From Patescibacteria group bacterium (GTDB taxonomy: Bacteria > Patescibacteriota > Minisyncoccia > Phycocordibacterales > PALSA-1337): a DNA stretch of 64,000 bases. The notes below the pieces were generated by a model that had not been told where the DNA came from, searched no databases, and worked only from the letters and a program-made list of their open reading frames with translations. The position numbers were made by a program, and so were the translations under genes. Shown here piece after piece: positions 28,383 through 38,571 of this stretch; position 1 is the first letter of the stretch, and each line of letters opens with the position of its first letter. The stretch lies in the NCBI GenBank assembly GCA_024654575.1, contig JANLHG010000005.1, positions 65,260 to 129,259 of the forward strand, written 5' to 3'.

Positions 28383-28823
28383 CTAAGGTCTATAAAAAGT
28401 ATCTTGAAGGTCAAGTTTGTAGCCACCTAAATTGTCAGGACTATTAACACCACCTGTTTGATTAAGTACAGAACTTGGACTATCAACACCACCTGTTTGA
28501 GTAAAATTACCTCCACAAGCCGATACACCACTCTGACTCCCTGGAGTTACTCCGGGTAATTGATTATTAAAACCAAATGTCTTCACAAGAACATTAACCA
28601 AACCCCACACAGAAAACATGACAAAAAGACCGATAATACCCCACAAAATAAGACTTCGTGCTTCCTCTTTTTTTTCCTGCACAAAAATATATTTAACAAT
28701 ACCAAAAATAAATACCACTAAAGCCACAGAAAAAAGAAGTGGGATGGTATAACCAAGATAGGTATTTACGAGACACATGACATCTTTGAGAGTACTAAGT
28801 TGTGGTGTGGCGACATTATTCAT
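28383..28823 (-). CDS. VirB2/TrbC-like pilin with Gly-rich repeated tail
   Basis: LILWGIIGLFVMFSVWGLVN; QTGGV(D/N)SP occurs twice. Confidence 0.78.
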   Translation of the reverse strand: MNNVATPQLSTLKDVMCLVNTYLGYTIPLLFSVALVVFIFGIVKYIFVQEKKEEARSLILWGIIGLFVMFSVWGLVNVLVKTFGFNNQLPGVTPGSQSGVSACGGNFTQTGGVDSPSSVLNQTGGVNSPDNLGGYKLDLQDTFYRP

Positions 28824-28834
28824 ATTTTTTATAA

Positions 28835-29098
28835 TTAACCTTTAATTTGTTTAATTGTAGCATCTATTACTCCAGCGATCACTGAAGCTCCTAAAAGCAC
28901 GGCAGTGCCGACCACTGTCCATAAAAATGTACTCTTTGCATCTGTCAGTTTTTTTGGATCGCCTCGAGCAGTCACAAAAAGAAAACCAGAGTATATAATA
29001 AATACTACTGCCACAGGCAAACCAATTTGAAGAACCAAACCTAGTATTGAATTAATAAGTTCACTAATCGTTTTTACTTGAAGAGGGTTTTCAATCAT
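28835..29098 (-). CDS. VirB2/TrbC-like pilin
   Basis: NPL; IIYSGF.FVTARGDP.K...AK..F.W.VVG. Confidence 0.82.
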   Translation of the reverse strand: MIENPLQVKTISELINSILGLVLQIGLPVAVVFIIYSGFLFVTARGDPKKLTDAKSTFLWTVVGTAVLLGASVIAGVIDATIKQIKG

Positions 29099-29448
29099 TG
29101 TTTCTCTATATTATAGTATTTTTCTGGTTCTTTTAAAAGTGCCCCAGTGATAGTATGCACAATAAGCCAAGCAGAAAACATTAGAATAAGTCCTACGACG
29201 ACTATTCTAAAAATTTTATGAGCTTGAGCTAATTTTCCAGTATCTCCTGATGCTGTCATATATAAAAATCCAGCATAAGCAAAGGATACAGTAGCAAGTG
29301 GAACCGCCAAGTAAATTATAAACTGAATAAGGCCGTTTATCCCATTAATGAGGTCATTAAAACCACAATCTGTATCACAAGGGATCAATCCTCCATCGCC
29401 GAACGGGGCAAAACCAGGGCCTAGGACGTATAAAATTAAAGTAAACAT
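29095..29448 (-). CDS. VirB2/TrbC-like pilin
   Basis: GLIPC...C; YAGFLYMTASGD..K...A..IF..VVVG. Confidence 0.8.
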   Translation of the reverse strand: MFTLILYVLGPGFAPFGDGGLIPCDTDCGFNDLINGINGLIQFIIYLAVPLATVSFAYAGFLYMTASGDTGKLAQAHKIFRIVVVGLILMFSAWLIVHTITGALLKEPEKYYNIEKQ

Positions 29449-29452
29449 AAAA

Positions 29453-30694
29453 TTATTGTGTAATAAGATTATTAATTTGATTTGAACCCCGTGTAATGGC
29501 CTCACTAATTATCTCCTTTCCACTGACAATATTTTCAACCATGCTTTGAAAAATCATGGATGTATCATTAGCCGAAGGGTCAAGCCATCCTTTAGCTATA
29601 AGTGCTGAATCATAAAATATAGAAAGATAAGGGTCGGCAGGTTTTACCGTGAGCATATCTCTTCTAACTGGAGGTAAGTAAGTTAATTCTGTCCATTTTA
29701 ATAAAGCTGATTGTCCAGATAAAATAGAGAGTACGCTATATGCCGTGTTGAAATTGGGAGAACTGCGAGGAAAAGCAAAACCCAATATCGTACCAAACGT
29801 GGCTTTAATTTGAGCATTTTTTGATTGAGGCATAGGGGCTACATCAAAATTAAGCTGAGGATTTTTTGTTCTGATATCTGTAATTTCACTAGCAAAACCA
29901 AAATATAAAGCGAGGTCTCCAGAAATAAAGAAATTTTTTGATTGAGGTAAAGCCCTGTTCCAAGAATATGTTTCTTTGGTCGGATTAGAAAATTGAGTAT
30001 AAAAATCAAGTGTCGACTCCGCGGATTTTGATGAAAGTCCAATTACTGAATTCCCTGCCTGCATAAGAAGGGATAGTATTATTTCTTTAGCATGAGTGAC
30101 ATTTCTAAACTCTCCAAAAGCTAACCCACTTTGACTTATATTTTTAGCATTATCTTTATTTGTCACTTTTTTAGAAAGTGTTGTTACTTCATCCCAAGTA
30201 CTTGGATAACGAGCAAAACCAGCTCCAGATAAAGTGTCTCTGTTCCAATACATCACTAATGGGTCAAGGGCAAATGGGATAGCTAAAATACCATTATCAG
30301 TCAAATACAACTCTGCTTCTTGAATAAAGGTATTCTTAAAATCCCTCTGAGAAAAGGAAGTATAAGGGATAGCTATCAGTTTATCTTTTTCTTTAAGAAT
30401 CAAGTCCTGGGGCAAAATTATAGCATCTGGACCCTTTCCTGTAGCCAATGCTTCCACAAACTCTTGATGAAAAGTGTCTGGTCGCTTTTGTACATATGAA
30501 ATATTTAGAGGAGTAGCTTGTTCTAAATTAAAATCAGTAAGAAATTTATTAAAAAGATCCTCTTTTATAGTTCCCCACAACACGATAGTCGGAACATCCT
30601 GCGAACTATTACCTTTTAGACTAGCAAAAACAACCACACCTATTATTATGAAAAAAATGAAAATACCAGTTAATACAATTTGAAAATTAGACAT
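29453..30694 (-). CDS. Membrane-anchored extracellular solute-binding protein (family 1-like), no adjacent permease
   Basis: LATGKGPD, DPLVMYWNRD and FDVAPMPQ motifs. Confidence 0.82.
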   Translation of the reverse strand: MSNFQIVLTGIFIFFIIIGVVVFASLKGNSSQDVPTIVLWGTIKEDLFNKFLTDFNLEQATPLNISYVQKRPDTFHQEFVEALATGKGPDAIILPQDLILKEKDKLIAIPYTSFSQRDFKNTFIQEAELYLTDNGILAIPFALDPLVMYWNRDTLSGAGFARYPSTWDEVTTLSKKVTNKDNAKNISQSGLAFGEFRNVTHAKEIILSLLMQAGNSVIGLSSKSAESTLDFYTQFSNPTKETYSWNRALPQSKNFFISGDLALYFGFASEITDIRTKNPQLNFDVAPMPQSKNAQIKATFGTILGFAFPRSSPNFNTAYSVLSILSGQSALLKWTELTYLPPVRRDMLTVKPADPYLSIFYDSALIAKGWLDPSANDTSMIFQSMVENIVSGKEIISEAITRGSNQINNLITQ

Positions 30695-31214
30695 TGTGTT
30701 TATTAAATATTAGCCCATAATGATGTTCCCCAGCTGATATTGATGAATCAAAATCAAAACCAGCTTTTTCAAATAATGATTTTGTAATTGCTTCTGGAAC
30801 AAGTGTTTTTGGACCAAGTGGACTTTTGTCTGACCAATCAACAATCAAAACTTTTCCTCCCGGTTTAAGAATACGCTTTATTTCCAAACAAAAATTATCT
30901 TTATGTTCAACCTGAAAAAGAATATTAGAAGCAATAGCTTTGTCAATTGAACCATCTCTCAAGCGAGTACCTCCTATGTTTTCAACATCTCCTAAAATCA
31001 CTTCTACATTAAAAAGATGTTCGTGAACTGCGTTGGTTTTTAATTTTTCTAATAAATCTTTTTGTACTTCTATAGCATAAACTTTGCCCGCTCCTCCAAC
31101 TTTTCTAGCTGATTCAATTGTGTAAAAACCACTCCCAGCACCCAGGTCAGCCACTTGCATCCCGTGTCCTATTTTAAATTGAGTAACATTTTTTTCTGGG
31201 TCACTAAAAAACAT
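30687..31214 (-). CDS. Class I SAM-dependent methyltransferase
   Basis: VADLGAGSG and RILKPGGK motifs. Confidence 0.9.
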   Translation of the reverse strand: MFFSDPEKNVTQFKIGHGMQVADLGAGSGFYTIESARKVGGAGKVYAIEVQKDLLEKLKTNAVHEHLFNVEVILGDVENIGGTRLRDGSIDKAIASNILFQVEHKDNFCLEIKRILKPGGKVLIVDWSDKSPLGPKTLVPEAITKSLFEKAGFDFDSSISAGEHHYGLIFNKHNV

Positions 31215-31280
31215 GTGGTAATTATAGCATAAAATAAAAACAACCCCCTGCATTTTGCCCCCTTAATAAAGGGGGTCTAG

Positions 31281-31298
31281 CCTGCCTGTGCAGGCAGG
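31281..31298. repeat. 18-bp REP-like palindrome CCTGCCTG-TG-CAGGCAGG, nested in a larger palindromic region (~31243-31307)
   Basis: Perfect 8-bp stem; degenerate copies in miaA (8446-8463) and clpB (15516-15533). Confidence 0.85.
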
Positions 31299-31307
31299 GG
31301 GAGGATT

Positions 31308-31559
31308 TTAAGAATTAGGAATATTCCTATTTTTATCTTTTCCGTAAATCCAGCCGATGACTAATCCCAACAAAAAAACTAATATTGCAATTTCCTGCCA
31401 TATTCCATTTACAATAAGTGAATAACAAACAGGTTGATCTGTAGGATATGCAGGACCAATTCTATAAAAATCAGAACAAATACTAGAAGTAACCAATACA
31501 ACAAAAATACTAGCTATTAAACCTACAATCCCTCCCCTTAACCAATATCTTTTTTGCAT
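31308..31559 (-). CDS. Hypothetical 2-TM membrane protein
   Basis: YWLRGG N-terminus; two hydrophobic helices; Cys pair in the loop. Confidence 0.7.
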   Translation of the reverse strand: MQKRYWLRGGIVGLIASIFVVLVTSSICSDFYRIGPAYPTDQPVCYSLIVNGIWQEIAILVFLLGLVIGWIYGKDKNRNIPNS

Positions 31560-31610
31560 AATTTTTTTATTACTTTATAAATTAATATATCTAAATTATC
31601 CCACAAAAAA

Positions 31611-31901
31611 CTAAAATATTGCCATTTTTAATCCTAAACCACCTACAACTTTCTTCAAAAAAGATAATGTAGGATTTGCCCGTCCAGCTTCAAAACGAGC
31701 TAATACCGATTGTGCAATACCAATACGTTCTGCAAGTTCTCTTTGAGTCAAACCCTGTTTTCCTCGTGCTTTAATAATAGCTCTAATAATACTGAATTCG
31801 AATTCAAGATCTTCATAAGCCTTTTTAAATCCAGGCTTTTTCATAAGATCTTTATGAATCTCGTCAAAGGGAATAAGTTTTATATTATCTTTAGTTTTCA
31901 T
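31611..31901 (-). CDS. HTH XRE antitoxin (HigA-like)
   Basis: LTQRELAERIGIAQSVLARFEAG..NPTL HTH; downstream of a RelE-like gene. Confidence 0.88.
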   Translation of the reverse strand: MKTKDNIKLIPFDEIHKDLMKKPGFKKAYEDLEFEFSIIRAIIKARGKQGLTQRELAERIGIAQSVLARFEAGRANPTLSFLKKVVGGLGLKMAIF

Positions 31902-31925
31902 ATTTATATGATACCATATATGGTA

Positions 31926-32237
31926 TCAAGAATGCAAGAGTTTTAAGCGATTTCGGGTGGTACTCAAATCTTTGAGTTTTAACTTTTGAGTTTTTTTATT
32001 AATAGCATGCAGTAAAACTATCTGATCTTCATAAAAAGTGTAGAAAATTCTAATATTTTGAAAACTTGAAATTCTTAGTTCATAAAGATTCTTTTCAATC
32101 TTTTTACTATATGGCATTGATAAATGGTATTCTTCAATAGATAAAAGTTTTATAGTGCTAGAAACTTTTGCACTTACCATATCCTCTAGAGAATTGAAAA
32201 ACAATTTAATATCGGGGTGGAAATAAAAAACTTTCAT
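31926..32237 (-). CDS. RelE/HigB (Gp49-like) toxin
   Basis: MPYSKKI..NLYELR, RIFY and LLHA..KKTQK motifs. Confidence 0.85.
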   Translation of the reverse strand: MKVFYFHPDIKLFFNSLEDMVSAKVSSTIKLLSIEEYHLSMPYSKKIEKNLYELRISSFQNIRIFYTFYEDQIVLLHAINKKTQKLKLKDLSTTRNRLKLLHS

Positions 32238-32252
32238 TTATTTTTTAATGTC

Positions 32253-34694
32253 TTACAAACAAATCATTGAAGCAATGGAATCCCCTTCGCGAAGTTTCAT
32301 AATACGAACACCTTGAGTTTGTCTACCGAGTGATGGAATTTCTTTAATATCTACACGAATGACTTGACTCTTTTTTGAAATGGCTACTAGTTCTTCATGT
32401 TCTTCTGTAACTACCTTTGCTCCGATAAGCTTTCCTGTTTTTGGAGTGACTTTCATTGTGATAATTCCAGAACCGGCTCTTTTTTGAATTTTATATTCTC
32501 CAACATCTGTTTTTTTTCCATAACCATTTCCACTAATAACAAGCAGATGTGCTTCTTTTACATTATTTTTAACAATATCAGCACTAATGATGAAATCATC
32601 TTTATCAAGTTTCATTCCTGTCACTCCAGAAGCTCCCCGTCCCATTTCTCTAACATCCGATTCTTTAAATCTAATAGCTTGTCCTTGACTAGTAGCAAGC
32701 ATCACACTATCTCCTTTACCACAAAAAGACACTGACACTAATTCATCATCATCTTTTAAAGTAATGGCAATCAAACCACTTCTTCGTACATCATGAAAAC
32801 TTTTCGCAGCCACTCTTTTAGCGACACCATTTTTTGTAACCATAATAAGAGATAACTCAGCAGTAGCTTTAGTTTCTTTAGGCATAGGTAAAATAGATGT
32901 TACTTTTTCATCTTCATTTAGAGAAAGAAAATTCATAATTGATTTACCTTTTGTGGCGCGTTTTCCTTCAGGAACATCATACATTTTTATTTGATAGGCC
33001 TTACCTTTATCAGTAAAAAATAGTAGGTCATTATGAGTAGAAGCCGTAATAAACTTTGTCACAAAATCTTCTTCTTTCGTATCAAGGTCAACAACTCCAA
33101 CCCCACCACGTCTTTGTTTACGATATTCTTCAGGGTCAGTTCTTTTAATATATCCTCCAGAAGTATAAACCAACACACTCTCAACATCTGGAATTAAATC
33201 TTCATCCGAAATTGTTTTTACTCCACTTTTTATGACTTTTGTTTTCCTGTCATCTCCATACTTTTGACCGATTTCTTGTAGTTCTGATTTTATAATCTCC
33301 TGTATTTTTTTATTACTTCCCAAAATCTCTTTGAGTTTTGCTATTAATTCTTGCATTTCCTTCAATTCATCTTCAATTTTCTTTCTTTCAAGACCGGCAA
33401 GTTTTTGAAGTCGCATTTCAAGAATAGCTGTAGCTTGTTTATCAGAAAATTTAAATTCTTTCATTAAAGCGGTATGAGCTTCAGAAACATCTTTTGATTT
33501 TCTAATAAGTGAAATAATTTTATCAATATGGTCAAGAGCTTTCTTTAAACCAATTAAAATATGCTCTCGTTCTTCCGCTTTGTTTAAATCAAACTTTGTT
33601 CGTCTTCTTACTACATTAGCTCTATGTAAAATAAATTCTTCAAGCATTGATTTTAGAGACAATGTCTGAGGAATACCATTAACCAGTGCTACCACATTAA
33701 AATGAAAAGCTTCTTCCAACTGTGTATGTTTATAAATATAATTTAAAACTTTTTGAGGATGAGCACCTTGTTTTAAATCAATAGCAATTCTAATATCTTT
33801 AGCGGATTCATCACGGAGTCCTTTGATACCTTCAAGTTGTTTATCGCGTACTAAACCTGCAATTTTTTCTATCAACTCCGCCTTGTTCACTCTGTATGGA
33901 ATTGAAGTGATTATAATTTGAAATGTTCCTTTTTTATCTTCTACTACTTCTGCTTCACCACGACAAACAACCCCTCCACGACCAGTAGCATAAGCGTGAT
34001 GCATATCTTTTTCACTATAAACAAGTCCTCCTGTTGGAAAATCTGGTCCTTTTATAAATTGAAGTAAATCTTCTGTCGTAGCATCTTTATTATCTATAAG
34101 ATGAACAGTGGCATTAACGACTTCCCTGAGATTATGAGGAGGGACATTAGTCGCCATTCCAACCGCGATACCCAAAGTTCCATTCAACAAAAGATTTGGA
34201 ACAGATGCTGGAAGAACTTCCGGTTCTTTTCTTGTACCGTCATAATTAGGTCTCCAGTCAACGGTTTCTTTTTCCAAATCTCGAAGAATTTCAGAAGACA
34301 GACGAGACATTTTAGCTTCGGTATAACGCATTGCCGCCGCTGCATCTCCATCAATAGAACCAAAATTTCCTTGACCAATAATCAAAGGGTATCTAAAAGA
34401 GAACTCTTGAGCCATTTTGACCATAGAATCATAAACAGCAACATCTCCGTGAGGATGGTATTTTCCGAGTACATCTCCCACTACCGCCGCTGATTTTCTA
34501 AATCGTCCACCAGCAGTCAAACTCATTTCATTCATTGAGAACAAAATTCTTCTATGAACGGGTTTTAAACCATCTCTAATATCGGGTAATGCTCTAGCAG
34601 TAATAACCGACATTGCGTAGTCAAGATACGACTCTCGCATTTCAGTAGTTATATTACGAGCAATGATGCCCTTATTTTCACCTTCTTTAGCCAT
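32253..34694 (-). CDS. gyrA: DNA gyrase subunit A
   Basis: HPHGD, AAMRYTE and GyrA box QRRGGVG. Confidence 0.98.
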   Translation of the reverse strand: MAKEGENKGIIARNITTEMRESYLDYAMSVITARALPDIRDGLKPVHRRILFSMNEMSLTAGGRFRKSAAVVGDVLGKYHPHGDVAVYDSMVKMAQEFSFRYPLIIGQGNFGSIDGDAAAAMRYTEAKMSRLSSEILRDLEKETVDWRPNYDGTRKEPEVLPASVPNLLLNGTLGIAVGMATNVPPHNLREVVNATVHLIDNKDATTEDLLQFIKGPDFPTGGLVYSEKDMHHAYATGRGGVVCRGEAEVVEDKKGTFQIIITSIPYRVNKAELIEKIAGLVRDKQLEGIKGLRDESAKDIRIAIDLKQGAHPQKVLNYIYKHTQLEEAFHFNVVALVNGIPQTLSLKSMLEEFILHRANVVRRRTKFDLNKAEEREHILIGLKKALDHIDKIISLIRKSKDVSEAHTALMKEFKFSDKQATAILEMRLQKLAGLERKKIEDELKEMQELIAKLKEILGSNKKIQEIIKSELQEIGQKYGDDRKTKVIKSGVKTISDEDLIPDVESVLVYTSGGYIKRTDPEEYRKQRRGGVGVVDLDTKEEDFVTKFITASTHNDLLFFTDKGKAYQIKMYDVPEGKRATKGKSIMNFLSLNEDEKVTSILPMPKETKATAELSLIMVTKNGVAKRVAAKSFHDVRRSGLIAITLKDDDELVSVSFCGKGDSVMLATSQGQAIRFKESDVREMGRGASGVTGMKLDKDDFIISADIVKNNVKEAHLLVISGNGYGKKTDVGEYKIQKRAGSGIITMKVTPKTGKLIGAKVVTEEHEELVAISKKSQVIRVDIKEIPSLGRQTQGVRIMKLREGDSIASMICL

Positions 34695-34717
34695 ATTACT
34701 ATGTATTATAGCATACT

Positions 34718-35665
34718 TTACTCTATTGAGTTAGTTATAGAATCAATAATCGGGTCAAGGTCGCCGGCCATAATTTTTTCAATATTATGCCAAGATTCTT
34801 TGATACGATGGTCCGTAATTCTATCTTGTAATATGTTATAAGTTCTAATTTTTTCTGAACGATCACCTGTGCCGATTTGTCCTTTTCGTTCTGCAGAGAA
34901 TTTTTTTGCGTCTTCTTCCTCTTTTTGTGCTTCAAGTTTTGCGATAAGAATACTCATCGCTTTATCGCGATTTTTAGCTTGACTTCGTTCTGATGTTGAA
35001 CGAACATCAATACCAGTTGGTTTATGAATTAAACGCACTGCGGTTTCTACCTTGTTGACATTTTGTCCACCAGCCCCTCCAGAACGTGAAAATTCCATTT
35101 CAATATCCGTTGGTTTTATTTCCATTAAATTTTTTTTGCGAATTGGTAAAATAGCCACCGAAGCAGTTGAAGTATGTACTCTACCCATTTTTTCAGTTGC
35201 AGGAACTCTTTGAACACGGTGGACTCCAGTCTCGTATCGCAATTTAGTAAAAGCATTTTTACCAGAAATCTCAAATGAAGCTTCTTTGTATCCTCCAGAC
35301 GCACTTTTTGATTCCTCCAATGTTTTAAACTTCCACCCACATTTTTCAGCATATTTTTTATACATTGTTGCTAGTTCTTCAGCAAACAAAGAAGCTTCAT
35401 CCCCACCCGCACCAGCACGAACTTCAAGAATGAGCTCTGTAGGCATTTCTTCAGCAGTTTTGACCACTTCTGCAATTTCTCGCATTTGCTTTTCAAGTGC
35501 TTCTTTTTGAATAACAATATTTTTTAAATCTTCATCAACTAATCCACGAAAAGAAACATCACTTATCTCCATTTCTTTTAAATCTTTTTCTTCAGCCAAA
35601 AGACGCTCGTATGTTTCTGCGAGATAACTGGTCTTATGATTTTTTTTAAATTCATCTAGGTTCAT
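34718..35665 (-). CDS. prfA: Peptide chain release factor 1
   Basis: PAT (PxT) stop-recognition motif and GGQ. Confidence 0.95.
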   Translation of the reverse strand: MNLDEFKKNHKTSYLAETYERLLAEEKDLKEMEISDVSFRGLVDEDLKNIVIQKEALEKQMREIAEVVKTAEEMPTELILEVRAGAGGDEASLFAEELATMYKKYAEKCGWKFKTLEESKSASGGYKEASFEISGKNAFTKLRYETGVHRVQRVPATEKMGRVHTSTASVAILPIRKKNLMEIKPTDIEMEFSRSGGAGGQNVNKVETAVRLIHKPTGIDVRSTSERSQAKNRDKAMSILIAKLEAQKEEEDAKKFSAERKGQIGTGDRSEKIRTYNILQDRITDHRIKESWHNIEKIMAGDLDPIIDSITNSIE

Positions 35666-35711
35666 AAAATCCTCCCTTAATCCCTCCTTTAAAAAGTAGG
35701 GAAAACACGGA

Positions 35712-35785
35712 AGCGAAAGTGTTTTTTAAAGGTCTGGCCGACTAGAAGGAGGAGATCCGAGGACCTTTCAAAAAACACTTTCGCT
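35712..35785. repeat. Near-perfect ~24-bp inverted repeat between rpmE and prfA
   Basis: agcgaaagtgttttttaaaggtct ... ggacctttcaaaaaacactttcgct. Confidence 0.85.
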
Positions 35786-35791
35786 GAAGTA

Positions 35792-36001
35792 TTATTTCTT
35801 CTTTTTAGAAGCTCTTTTTTTGAATTTATCCACTCTTCCTGCCGAGTCAAGAACCTTATCATTTCCCGTATAGTACGGATGACAGCTACTACAAATTTCC
35901 ACCTCTACCTTTTCTTTAGTAGAGCCAATATGCATCTTTTTGCCACAGGCACAGGAAAACACTGCCTTTGGGAAATACTCTGGATGTGTGTCTTTTTTCA
36001 T
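35792..36001 (-). CDS. rpmE: 50S ribosomal protein L31 (Zn-binding type)
   Basis: HPEY, CACG, CSSCHPYYTG and GRVDKF motifs. Confidence 0.97.
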   Translation of the reverse strand: MKKDTHPEYFPKAVFSCACGKKMHIGSTKEKVEVEICSSCHPYYTGNDKVLDSAGRVDKFKKRASKKKK

Positions 36002-36019
36002 AAGATATACTCTACACTA

Positions 36020-37372
36020 CTAATTATTCTGAATCAAGTTAATCATATTTTCTTGAATATTCGTCGCAAGAGCCATTACACTATTTCCATAAAAAGTATT
36101 ACCTTTTTTTGCTCCGCAACTTGAACCAGAATAATACTTACAAGCGGAATTTCTTTCGGCACTATATGTTTGAACATCCGCCCCTAAGTCAGAAAGATAC
36201 ATTGCTGATGCCATAAAAGCATCACGAGGTTCCCAAGGGTTTGGTGTACTAACTTTAAGCATACTAGCAAGTCTAGATTTGACAGATTGCCAGGTGGAAG
36301 GAATAAATTGTGCTGGCCCCATCGCTCCTCCGTAACCGATAGAGAGTGGGCATGATACTTTAGTTTGTAATGGATCAATACCTAATTCTGAGGTTATCTC
36401 TCTAAATGGTCCGATATCTCTAGTAGGTTTCATTACATTTTTTACTGCCGAATTAGAGGTAACACGAATTCCCGCTCCTGTATCAAAATTTGTTACCAAA
36501 CAAGAACCAACATTCTTACCCAAATTAGATTCTTGGGTCAAAATAGCCAAAAGAAATGCAGGACGAACACCAGTTTGCTGAGAAGCTATCGTCGCGTATT
36601 CAAAAGCTTTAGCAAAAGGAATAGCTGAACTATCTCGCAAAGCGAATAATGCACTTCTTATTTCTGATGCACGTCTAGCTTTATCATCTAATAAGGCCTG
36701 ATAACTTTTCTCTTGAGTTTTACTAAAACTTAACAATCTATTAACTTCAGTTTGGTTCTTTTCAATAGCCCGCTTATTCGCCTGAATTGCTGTCTGTGCA
36801 TCTGTTTCTGAATTTCTTTTAACTTCTAAACCTTGTTTTTGAGTTTTTGTTTCATCTTTAGCTTGTCTCAGTTCTTCAAAAGAATTTTTCAAACTTTGTT
36901 TTACCGAATCGAAATTATCCAAATCAAGAAAAAAAGATGAGATGTCATCTTGAGACAAAAGCATCTCTGGCAAAGAATATGACTCTATTTCATTTGTTTT
37001 TCGTAGAAGTTGTGCAAGTGATTCTTGTTCTTTAATAATTTTATCAGAAAGACTGACAATAACTGTTTGTTTTTTGGTAATATCTTTTGATAATCCCTGT
37101 ATAATAATTGTTTTTGCTCTAATATCTAACTTCGCTTTTTCAATTTTAGCGTTCAATATGGCAATATCACGAGAAAGTGACGCACTCTGATTTTTTTGAT
37201 TATTTAATATAGCATCCTGTTGGGCTATTTCAATATTTACTCTATCAAGCTCCTTTTGACATATAACTCGTTGTTCCGCCGTTAAAGGTTGTCCGTTGGT
37301 AGGGCAAGTTTCTTGTGCGTAAGCAAAAGTTGCAGAAAATAATATAACAAGCGTAATTAATATACGATACAT
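36020..37372 (-). CDS. Secreted coiled-coil lytic murein transglycosylase (MltB/SLT-like)
   Basis: Signal peptide, long coiled coil, QESNLG, GAMGPAQFIPSTW and NPW...DA..A.A.YL motifs. Confidence 0.85.
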   Translation of the reverse strand: MYRILITLVILFSATFAYAQETCPTNGQPLTAEQRVICQKELDRVNIEIAQQDAILNNQKNQSASLSRDIAILNAKIEKAKLDIRAKTIIIQGLSKDITKKQTVIVSLSDKIIKEQESLAQLLRKTNEIESYSLPEMLLSQDDISSFFLDLDNFDSVKQSLKNSFEELRQAKDETKTQKQGLEVKRNSETDAQTAIQANKRAIEKNQTEVNRLLSFSKTQEKSYQALLDDKARRASEIRSALFALRDSSAIPFAKAFEYATIASQQTGVRPAFLLAILTQESNLGKNVGSCLVTNFDTGAGIRVTSNSAVKNVMKPTRDIGPFREITSELGIDPLQTKVSCPLSIGYGGAMGPAQFIPSTWQSVKSRLASMLKVSTPNPWEPRDAFMASAMYLSDLGADVQTYSAERNSACKYYSGSSCGAKKGNTFYGNSVMALATNIQENMINLIQNN

Positions 37373-37390
37373 CTAGATATTATAGCACTT

Positions 37391-38062
37391 TTATTTTCCC
37401 TCTTTAGTTTCTTTTTCTTCACCCTCTACTGGAGCTTCACCCTCTTTAGCTTCTTTACCTTTCTTTTCAACTTCAATAGCAGACATATCTATAGGTACAG
37501 TTTCTTCTACCACTTCTTCTTTAGCTATATCAATAAGGGCGACCACTTCTTCTGGAGATATCTTAAGTTCTACCCCATCAGGTAATATAATATCTTTAGC
37601 CAAAATCTGACTTTCAAGTGTTTCAAGTTTAGATATATCAACATTTATTTCTCTAGGTAAATCTTTCGGCAAAGCTTCAATTTCAATCTCGTGGAGTACT
37701 TTAACCAAAATACCTTCCAAATCTTTTACTGCTGGAGATACTCCGATAAAATTAATAGGTACTTTTATTTCAAGTTTTTTACCTTTTTCAACCACATAAA
37801 AATCAACATGTCTTGGTACACTAGTAACTGGATGAACATCAACTTCCTTAATAAGAGATTCGTGACTATCAGAAACTCCTTTAAGTTCTACTATTGATGA
37901 TTCACCAGCTTTTTTCCATATTTTCAAGAAATCAACGGAAGATAAAGTAATGGGAGTAGATTTTTCTTTTCTACCATAAAACACAGCGGGTATTTTACCG
38001 TTTTTTCTAAGTGTTTCCAATTTTTGAGTTTTATCCCTCGTCTCATAATTTATTGTAAGCAT
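37391..38062 (-). CDS. rplY: 50S ribosomal protein L25/CTC
   Basis: IPAVFYG and HPV...PRHVDFY motifs; acidic tail; start at ATG 38062. Confidence 0.95.
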   Translation of the reverse strand: MLTINYETRDKTQKLETLRKNGKIPAVFYGRKEKSTPITLSSVDFLKIWKKAGESSIVELKGVSDSHESLIKEVDVHPVTSVPRHVDFYVVEKGKKLEIKVPINFIGVSPAVKDLEGILVKVLHEIEIEALPKDLPREINVDISKLETLESQILAKDIILPDGVELKISPEEVVALIDIAKEEVVEETVPIDMSAIEVEKKGKEAKEGEAPVEGEEKETKEGK

Positions 38063-38136
38063 AAAGAACAGTATACAGAAATGTATTATAAAATCAAGAA
38101 ACCTTGCCTTTATTACTACCAAATGTTAATATATAC

Positions 38137-38230
38137 AAGTACTCATGAATCGCAAGGTTTGTTCGGCTAAATGAATTTCATAAGCCGAAAGTGAGTACAT
38201 CAAAACAGCTCTCATTTTGAGGGCTTTTTT
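38137..38230 (+). ncRNA. Candidate ~95-nt three-way-junction RNA with terminator
   Basis: TTGCCT-N17-TAATAT promoter (38104-38132); P1 gtactca/tgagtac, P2 capped by a GCAA tetraloop, P3 ttcggct/agccgaa; then agctctca-ttt-tgagggct and a T-tract. Confidence 0.5.
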
Positions 38231-38265
38231 GTTTTCTTATCCCCCTTCTTCCAAACGCCATTTTG

Positions 38266-38559
38266 TCATTTTAAAAATCCTACAGATCTCCAGATTTCAT
38301 CCTCTGATTTACCACTCAATCTTAACAAAGATTTAAATATACTTTCATTCATATTTTTGTGTAAATTATTTGGCACTACAGTAATAAGACTTGCTTTACC
38401 GTCATCATCAGGCATATTTGGATTTCTAATAGTTGACGGATGTTTTGACCCACGACAAACTCGCAAACCAAGTTTTTCACCAGCTTTCATCCATTCCTCA
38501 ACCCTTTTTATATTTCCAAGTCTAATATATAAATCTTTCCGCTTTATATCATTAGACAT
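38266..38559 (-). CDS. HicA-like toxin (divergent)
   Basis: Small and basic; G.....GSKH and downstream TVVP pattern resembling the HicA fold. Confidence 0.5.
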   Translation of the reverse strand: MSNDIKRKDLYIRLGNIKRVEEWMKAGEKLGLRVCRGSKHPSTIRNPNMPDDDGKASLITVVPNNLHKNMNESIFKSLLRLSGKSEDEIWRSVGFLK

Positions 38560-38571
38560 GAAAATTTATAT

